A DNA stretch of 64,000 nt, from NCBI GenBank assembly GCA_965223015.1, contig CBDCVL010000010.1, positions 216,086-280,085 of the forward strand, read 5' to 3'. The stretch comes from Vicinamibacterales bacterium (GTDB lineage Bacteria; Acidobacteriota; Vicinamibacteria; Vicinamibacterales; UBA8438). Positions within the stretch are counted from its first letter, which is position 1; each line of letters starts with the position of its first letter. The position numbers and the translations under genes were made by a program. The notes beneath the pieces are model-generated. The model saw only the letters and a program-made list of their open reading frames with translations. It was not told where the DNA came from and searched no databases. Below are positions 57,873 through 64,000 of this stretch, one piece after another.

Positions 57873-58307
57873 ATGGCCGAAATCAGGCGCATCACTGCCG
57901 AAGCCAGACAAGTTCTTGCCGCCCAGCAGGAGGCCACTCGCAAGGAAGGCGCCCGTTCCCGTGACGCGGCGGTGCGAGCCGCCCGAGAATCTGCGGAACA
58001 TGCGGCAACCCGCCGTCTCGAGGCCGAGATGGCTCGTATGCGCGCCGAAACGGAGCGGACCGTAACGCAGGAACTCGACTCGGCTCGCGCCAAGGCTGAG
58101 CAACGGCGAAAACGCGCGATCGAGAAGGCGCATGCCGTGGCCGAATTGGAGGCGTCTCAAGCACTCGAGGATGCTCTGGCACGCGCGGCCTCCGAACGGG
58201 AGCTCCGCGCCGAGATCACAGGTCTGAAGTCTGAGGTGAAGTCGGCCAGTCGAACTGAAGACAAGACCGGTGGCGTTCGGCCCATGCGTGACGTCGACGG
58301 CCTCTAG
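57873..58307 (+). CDS. coiled-coil protein C (144 aa), possibly the displaced C-terminus of protein B
   Basis: Same composition and style as protein B. Its reading frame is open upstream to about 57830, overlapping the end of protein B. Confidence 0.55.
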   Translation: MAEIRRITAEARQVLAAQQEATRKEGARSRDAAVRAARESAEHAATRRLEAEMARMRAETERTVTQELDSARAKAEQRRKRAIEKAHAVAELEASQALEDALARAASERELRAEITGLKSEVKSASRTEDKTGGVRPMRDVDGL

Positions 58308-58321
58308 ACACCCGAAGGACC

Positions 58322-60127
58322 CTACCTGTCGTACGACGGTACGAAACTGATCGGAAGCTTCTCTGTAAGACTGGCTGTGAAGATGTCGGTCCGAGCCACA
58401 CCCTCGACATCGCGGGCGATCGGCACGCCCAGGTAGTAGAGGAGGGTGGGGGCCACGTCGACGACGGAACCGCGGGAGCGTCGTCCGGGTTCGACCTGTG
58501 CTCCGTAGGCGAGCAGGAATCCATCGGGGGCATTCTCATGTGTCCCGGTCGTATCTGGATCACCGACGGCCAGCGCCAATAGACGTTTGGTCACGCTGAC
58601 CGGCTCCATACCGAACCCAGAAACCACGACGAAGAGATCGTCCGGTCCCAGGATCTCCAACACCTCTCCGACCTCAACATCCACTTCTCGGTAGTAGGTC
58701 TCAAGGCTAGAGACGTCCCCTTGGCTATCGCCAAGGCCCATGAACGGGAGCGGCGTCTGTGGCGGAAGAAAACTGTGTCCAGCAAGGTCGAGTCCCCGAT
58801 ACCTGACTGCGAACAGACGGACCTCCGTAAACTGATCCCGAAGCTCGTTGGCAATCCGTCCGTACAGGCGATCGCGCCAGATCGGCGCCACTTCAGCCGG
58901 CGGGGCCAGGGTACCGTCCAGATCAGATTCGGCGCCGTGAGCGGCGCCCCGACTCCCCACGGCCCGCATCGCCGTTGCACCAACGATGGCGACGTCCTCT
59001 GGGTAGGCTGCCTCAGCCGCACGCGGGTCCAAACGCGGGTCAGCCATGAGATGAAACTGGTCACTCACCAGAAATCCGTGAACCGGTTGCACCGGATGAG
59101 TGAGTGGCCATCCGACGATGCCGACCGGTACGCCCTGCCCACTGAGAACACTCCACAGCGGCCGTGACCTAAGCGTTGCCGATGAGGCGGGCTCCTCATC
59201 TAGGAACCCTAGGTAGACGAGGGCCTGCGCGAAACAGTGATCCGGTAGGATCTCCAGACGACCGAGATCTGTGCCGAACGCATACGTTGACGTAGAGATC
59301 ACTCCATGTTGCGGTGGATACTTTCCTGTTGCGACGGTCGCCCACACCGGTTCAGGCTGGGTGGGGCGCAGCGTGGCCAGGTGCATCGCGGCACCAGAAT
59401 CCATCATCCGACCGAAGTTGGGAAGGCGCCCCTCGGCCGTCGCGAGCGACAGGTAGTCGAGAGACGCGCCATCGAGAAGCAGCATCAGAACGCGCGAGCG
59501 ACCGGTGGAAGGCAGACTCCAGCTACCGACCTCCAGAGGGTAGGCTCCCAGCCGACGCGGCACCGCCTCCCCACGTGCGACAATCGGTAGCGAAACGGAC
59601 GCGACGACCGCCAACCCGAACAGCGACGCCCCGACGACGCTCCCGCGCCGGCCGAACGAGTAATGAACCACGGCGATCGCTAGCAGCGCCAAGGCGCACA
59701 ACCCCATCACGACGGTCCCCACACCGAGCCGCCGAGCCGCCTCCTCGGCCAGCGCCGTGCGAAGCCCCCTCTGATTGAGCCACATGAGAAGCGCCGCTCC
59801 ACTCGCTGCAGCCGCGCTCAACCACGAGAGCAGCCGGAGGCTCAGCCAACCCGGCGACAGTACCTCGGACGACATCACTTGCCGAAGGACGATGAGTGTG
59901 TAGAAGATCGCCGCTGCATGGACTCCGTAGAAACCGATGACGACGACGAGCAGAGGCCACACGACTCCGAGCTCGAGAGGCAAGTGAGGATTGAGTTGAA
60001 GAAACAGGATCGCGACGTACACGGCAGCCAACGCTCCGGCCAGCACGGCGTTCGTGAGCATTCGAAAATATCGCATGGGACCACCCGCAGCTGCACTGCT
60101 CAGCGCCCATGATGCCAGAAAACCCAT
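58322..60127 (-). CDS. polytopic membrane protein with periplasmic alkaline-phosphatase-superfamily (type I phosphodiesterase/NPP-like) domain
   Basis: About 5-6 N-terminal TMs, then LMLLLDGASLDY..LPNF..TLRPTQPEPVWATVATGK (metal/nucleophile Thr region). Confidence 0.75.
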   Translation of the reverse strand: MGFLASWALSSAAAGGPMRYFRMLTNAVLAGALAAVYVAILFLQLNPHLPLELGVVWPLLVVVIGFYGVHAAAIFYTLIVLRQVMSSEVLSPGWLSLRLLSWLSAAAASGAALLMWLNQRGLRTALAEEAARRLGVGTVVMGLCALALLAIAVVHYSFGRRGSVVGASLFGLAVVASVSLPIVARGEAVPRRLGAYPLEVGSWSLPSTGRSRVLMLLLDGASLDYLSLATAEGRLPNFGRMMDSGAAMHLATLRPTQPEPVWATVATGKYPPQHGVISTSTYAFGTDLGRLEILPDHCFAQALVYLGFLDEEPASSATLRSRPLWSVLSGQGVPVGIVGWPLTHPVQPVHGFLVSDQFHLMADPRLDPRAAEAAYPEDVAIVGATAMRAVGSRGAAHGAESDLDGTLAPPAEVAPIWRDRLYGRIANELRDQFTEVRLFAVRYRGLDLAGHSFLPPQTPLPFMGLGDSQGDVSSLETYYREVDVEVGEVLEILGPDDLFVVVSGFGMEPVSVTKRLLALAVGDPDTTGTHENAPDGFLLAYGAQVEPGRRSRGSVVDVAPTLLYYLGVPIARDVEGVARTDIFTASLTEKLPISFVPSYDR

Positions 60128-60144
60128 CGGGTATACTCCCCGGG

Positions 60145-60966
60145 ATGCTGATTGATATCGACGCGGTGGTATTGTCGAACGATCGGCTCTCTCCGGATTA
60201 CAACGTCGTCGCGGTCGCGGCCCCTGAAATCGCTCGCCAGAGTCGGCCGGGACAATTCGTGATGGTCAAGCGGGGTCTGGGGGCGGAACCCCTCCTCCGC
60301 CGCCCATTCTCAATCTTCGAAGTGCTTCGCACTGATGACGGACAGGTCAAAGGACTGTCGCTCCTGAACAAGATGGTCGGCGCAGTGACTCGAATGCTCT
60401 TTGCCCTGCAGATTGGGGAGCATCTGGACTGCCTGGGGCCCCTCGGACGACCGTTCTCCGTGGTCTCTCCACCTGACCACGCGTGGTTGGTCGCCGGAGG
60501 TGTCGGCCTGGCGCCATTCCTGACCCTCGCAGAGGCGCTCAAGGCGCGCGGAACCGAAACCACGCTGTTCTACGGCGGGCGATCCGTCGCCGACCTCTAC
60601 TATCTGGAGCGGTTCGACCAGCTCGGCGTTCGCCTCATTCTCACGACAGAGGACGGCAGTCTCGGTGAGCGGGGCGTCATCACGCTTCCGCTCGAAAGCG
60701 AGCTCGCGGCGGCACCGGTTGGCCAACCTGTCACTCTCTACGCGTGTGGCCCCACCGGAATGATGCGTGCGACGGCGGCGCTGGCAGACGCGCATCATCG
60801 CTCCGTGCAGGTTTCACTCGAGCAGATCATGGGATGCGGACTGGGGGGATGCTACAGCTGCGTCGTGCCCGTTCGAGGGGACAACGAGTCGACCCACCTG
60901 GTCCGGTCGTGCCTTGACGGGCCGGTGTTTGGTGGCGACCAGATTGCCTGGAACGAGCTCATCTGA
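60145..60966 (+). CDS. pyrK: dihydroorotate dehydrogenase B electron-transfer subunit
   Basis: PGQFVMV..RRPFSI (FAD binding), CGPTGMM, and the 2Fe-2S cluster motif CGLGGCYSC. Confidence 0.85.
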   Translation: MLIDIDAVVLSNDRLSPDYNVVAVAAPEIARQSRPGQFVMVKRGLGAEPLLRRPFSIFEVLRTDDGQVKGLSLLNKMVGAVTRMLFALQIGEHLDCLGPLGRPFSVVSPPDHAWLVAGGVGLAPFLTLAEALKARGTETTLFYGGRSVADLYYLERFDQLGVRLILTTEDGSLGERGVITLPLESELAAAPVGQPVTLYACGPTGMMRATAALADAHHRSVQVSLEQIMGCGLGGCYSCVVPVRGDNESTHLVRSCLDGPVFGGDQIAWNELI

Positions 60967-60978
60967 GCGCAACGGCTC

Positions 60979-61935
60979 ATGTCGGTAGACCTCACCGTTC
61001 AGTTCGGTCCGCTTCCACTCAAGAATCCGCTGATTGCGGCCAGTGGGTGCTTTGGCTACGGTCTCGAGTACGCGGACGCCGTCGATCTATCGACGCTCGG
61101 TGGCGTCGCCGTGAAAGGTCTATTCCTCGAGGCGCGCGCGGGTCATTCCCCTCAGCGGATAGTCGAAACACCGAGCGGCATGCTCAACGCGATCGGGCTG
61201 CAGGGCATCGGGGTGCGAAAGTTCGTCGATGACAAACTCCCAGCGCTGCGAGAGCGAGGAGCAACGGTCATCGTGAACATCTGCGGTACAACCATCGATG
61301 AGTACGCGGAGCTCGCCAGGATTCTGTCTGACGCGGACGGCGTCGCAGCACTCGAACTCAACATCTCTTGCCCGAACATCAAGGAAGGCGGCATCAGCTT
61401 TGGGTGCGACATTTCAGGTACCCACGCCGTGGTCTCGGCCGTGCGAAAGGCGACCGACCTTCCGATCGTCCCTAAGCTCACGCCCAACGTCACCGACGTG
61501 GCCTCATTCGCACGCGCCTCCGAAGAGGCCGGAGCCGATGGCGTGTCTTTGGTCAATACCTTCCTGGCGATGGCGATCGATGTGGACACCCGCCGACCGA
61601 AGTTGTCGAACGTCGTAGGTGGACTAAGTGGTCCGGCGATCCGACCGATCGCCGTCCGGATGGTTCACCAGTGTCGGCAGGCGGTGCGGATTCCTATCAT
61701 GGGCATGGGTGGGATCATGACCGCCGACGATGTGGTCGAGTTCATGATCGCGGGTGCCGACGCGGTTCAGATTGGCACCGCCAATTTCGTCGACCCGTTC
61801 ATTTGGCCAAAACTATTGGCCGGGTTGACATCCTATCTCGAACGCCACCATCACGAGTCGGTCCGCGAGATCGTCGGCTCGATCGATCTGTCCGAGCCCG
61901 ATGCGAGACCTGAGATGCCATGGATCAGCTCCTAG
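60979..61935 (+). CDS. pyrD: dihydroorotate dehydrogenase (class 1B) catalytic subunit
   Basis: [19 protein letters not shown], and GGI....D..EF..AGA. Confidence 0.92.
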   Translation: MSVDLTVQFGPLPLKNPLIAASGCFGYGLEYADAVDLSTLGGVAVKGLFLEARAGHSPQRIVETPSGMLNAIGLQGIGVRKFVDDKLPALRERGATVIVNICGTTIDEYAELARILSDADGVAALELNISCPNIKEGGISFGCDISGTHAVVSAVRKATDLPIVPKLTPNVTDVASFARASEEAGADGVSLVNTFLAMAIDVDTRRPKLSNVVGGLSGPAIRPIAVRMVHQCRQAVRIPIMGMGGIMTADDVVEFMIAGADAVQIGTANFVDPFIWPKLLAGLTSYLERHHHESVREIVGSIDLSEPDARPEMPWISS

Positions 61936-62615
61936 TCGCGCTCGACGTCGATTCCTCTGCTCGAGCACAGGAACTGAGCGATCAGCTTCGTGGTGTAGCC
62001 GGTGGATTCAAGATCGGTAGTCGACTCTTTACGGCCGAGGGGCCGTCGCTTGTTCGCCAGCTTGTCGACGAGGGAGACCGGGTCTTTTTAGACCTGAAGT
62101 ACCACGACATTCCAAGCACTGTCGCAAGTGCGGTGCGTGCAGCCGCGGACATGGGTGTCTGGATGCTGACAGTCCATGCGTCTGGCGGACAGGACATGAT
62201 GGCGGCGGCGAAGGACGCGGCGCACGGGACGGGCAGCGATCCGATAATCGTCGCCGTCACCGTGCTCACCAGCATCGACGATAGCGCGCTCGCCGACCTC
62301 GGTGTGGCGGGTCCGGTGCCGCGGCAGGTCGAGGCGCTCGCCGCGCTGGCCCGGAAGTCCGGAATCGATGGGGTCGTCGCGTCTCCACTCGAAATCGGCT
62401 TGATCAGGGCCAGCTGCGGGAAGGACTTCACGATCGTCACGCCGGGCATCCGGAACCCCGGCACCGATCCGTTGAACGACCAATCGCGAACAATGGACGC
62501 CGCGAGCGCCGTGAGAGCCGGTGCCAGCTACCTGGTCGTGGGTCGACCGATCATCGCCGCACCGGACCCGCGGGCCGCGGCGGTTCAGCTTGCGAGGCAG
62601 GTCCAAGCCGGATGA
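61920..62615 (+). CDS. pyrF: orotidine 5'-phosphate decarboxylase
   Basis: LVALDV.., [10 protein letters not shown], and VVGRPI. Confidence 0.92.
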   Translation: MDQLLVALDVDSSARAQELSDQLRGVAGGFKIGSRLFTAEGPSLVRQLVDEGDRVFLDLKYHDIPSTVASAVRAAADMGVWMLTVHASGGQDMMAAAKDAAHGTGSDPIIVAVTVLTSIDDSALADLGVAGPVPRQVEALAALARKSGIDGVVASPLEIGLIRASCGKDFTIVTPGIRNPGTDPLNDQSRTMDAASAVRAGASYLVVGRPIIAAPDPRAAAVQLARQVQAG

Positions 62616-62851
62616 CGCAACTCACACTTCTGACCAGGAATGGTTGCCACCTGTGTGAATCCATGAAGACTACCGTTGCCCACGTTCGGCGGGCACATCC
62701 GATCGCCTTGACGGAGATCGATATCGGGACCCGACCCGATCTTGAGGAACAATTCGGGACGCAGATTCCCGTACTGCTAAAGGGAAACCAGGTAGTCGCC
62801 CGGCACCGAGTCTCGACCTCGCAACTGATTGCGGCGCTGGGGCAGGAATAA
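62612..62851 (+). CDS. glutaredoxin-like protein (DUF836/thioredoxin fold)
   Basis: CHLC active-site-like motif near the N-terminus. 79 aa, overlapping the pyrF stop. Confidence 0.7.
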   Translation: MTQLTLLTRNGCHLCESMKTTVAHVRRAHPIALTEIDIGTRPDLEEQFGTQIPVLLKGNQVVARHRVSTSQLIAALGQE

Positions 62852-62856
62852 GAAAA

Positions 62857-62887
62857 GCGGGCGACGAACTCTCCGCCCGTCGCCCGC
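62857..62887 (+). terminator. hairpin after the pyr operon (10-bp perfect stem, 11-nt loop)
   Basis: GCGGGCGACG..CGTCGCCCGC. No U-tract is present. Confidence 0.35.
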
Positions 62888-62957
62888 TAGCAGCCCGTGG
62901 TGAAAGTCCTTCGTCATAGGGATCGACACGATTGACCGCTCGTACTACACTTCGGGC

Positions 62958-64000
62958 ATGGCGATGGGCAAACGACGGCGCCGGGCGCGCCAATCGACGA
63001 TGTGGGTGGCCACCGCAGATTTGCCGAAGAGCGCAGGGCACCCGTTTTACGAGCGCCTGAATCGCACGCTCGACGAGGCGGGCTTCGATGCCTTCGTCGA
63101 AGCGCAGTGCGCGGCGTTCTACGCCGACGGGGTCGGCCGGCCGAGTCTGGCGCCGGGCCGCTATTTCCGGCTGCTGCTGCTCGGCTACTTCGAAGGCCTG
63201 GACTCGGAACGGGCGATCGCGTGGCGCGCCGCCGACTCGCTGAGCATCCGCGAGTTTCTGGACTTCGCGCTGCACGAGGCCCCGCCCGACCACTCGACGC
63301 TGTCGCGCACCCGGCGCCTGATCGACCTCGAGACGCACCAGGCCGTGTTCACGTGGGTGTTGCAGCGTCTGGCCGACGCCCACCTCGTCCAGGGGTACAC
63401 GATCGGGATCGATGCGACGACGCTGGAAGCCAACGCGGCGATGCGAAGCATCGTGCGCCGGGACACGGGCGAGGGGTACGACGCGTGGCTGACCCGACTG
63501 GCCGAGGCCTCCGGCATCGCGACGCCGACGCGCGCCGAGCTGGCCCGCTTCGACCGGACACGCAAGAAGAAGGGGTCGAACGACGACTGGACGAACCCGC
63601 ACGATCCCGACGCGAAGATCACGAAGATGAAGGACGGGCGGACGCATCTGGCCCATACTGCCGAGCACGCGGTCGACCTGGAGACGGGGGCCATTGTGGG
63701 CGTGACGGTGCAGGACGAGGGCGACACGACGACGATGGTCGAAACCCTCATCACCGCGGCGGAACAGGTCGAAGCGGTCGGCGCCGCCGGGATTGTCGAG
63801 TTCGTGGGCGACAAGGGGTATCACAGCAACGAGACGATGGTCGGGTGTGCCGCGATCGGGGTGCGGAGTTACGTGTCGGAGCCGGATCGCGGGCGGCGCA
63901 CGTGGAAGGGCAAGGCGGGGGCGCGCGCGGCGGTGTATGCCAATCGGCGGCGGATTCGGGGCGCGCCGCGGGCGACGGCTGCTGCGACAGCGCGGCGAGC
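62958..64000 (+). mobile_element. IS5/IS1182-superfamily transposase gene (DUF772 N-terminus plus DDE), partial, continues past right edge
   Basis: Manual translation: MAMGKRRRRARQSTMWVATADLPKSAGHPFYERLN..GRPSLAPGRYFRLLLLGYFEGLDSERAIAWR..PDHSTLSRTRRLI..GIDATTLEANAAMRSIVRRDTGE..KMKDGRTHLAHTAEHAVDLETGAIV... It is not in the ORF track because it has no stop. The IS ends were not identified. Confidence 0.85.

Noticed and set aside
62670-63824. 384-aa and 209-aa minus-strand ORFs at the right end
   Set aside because: They are antisense shadows of the IS5-like transposase frame. Their products are Arg/Pro/Gly-rich with no motifs, and one also overlaps the glutaredoxin-like gene.

Overview
The window is GC-rich bacterial chromosomal DNA (GC not computed). 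It probably comes from an environmental Acidobacteriota- or Gemmatimonadota-like organism. That placement is inferred only from gene content: a TIGR03436-type vWA protein, many PQQ propellers, and Bat-like vWA operons. All family calls rest on motifs read by eye; no searches were run.

Content, left to right:
- An orphan ABC ATPase and a monocistronic Flp pilin gene. The pilin gene is missed by the ORF track.
- An octaheme cytochrome c.
- A decayed stretch (about 5.9-16.2 kb) with five damaged genes. It holds a head-to-head deletion junction, a BatD-position gene split by an IS1380-family element with a TTAA target duplication, an internally deleted and frameshifted PQQ dehydrogenase, and an MBL-fold lipoprotein gene broken by a perfect 13-bp tandem duplication.
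- A HupE/UreJ module.
- A glycan-modification island: FkbM and class-I methyltransferases, a 1036-aa glycosyltransferase, a 1110-aa Maf/DUF115-like protein and a sulfotransferase.
- A PQQ alcohol dehydrogenase carrying the D-x-D lanthanide signature.
- An intact copy of a two-gene cassette (cytochrome-c/PHM-like copper monooxygenase plus a secreted partner). The truncated second copy lies at 5.9-7.7 kb.
- aceE-aceF, an ECF sigma/anti-sigma/HtrA envelope-stress unit, and pyrK-pyrD-pyrF.
- Four IS elements: one IS1380-like, two diverged IS630-like, and one IS5-like that runs off the right edge.

The most interesting locus is 49.9-58.3 kb. It is a divergent cluster encoding two paralogous long coiled-coil proteins that share an N-terminal motif and have sigma-54-type promoters. 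One has five near-identical 252-bp in-frame repeats; the other has a histone-H1-like Lys-rich tail. The cluster also encodes a third coiled-coil ORF, a RodZ-C (DUF4115) membrane protein, and a fusion protein with kinase-like, ParB-like and GHKL-ATPase-like domains that all look catalytically degenerate. I propose it as a candidate undescribed nucleoid/cytoskeleton-type system. No rRNA, tRNA or CRISPR was recognised.
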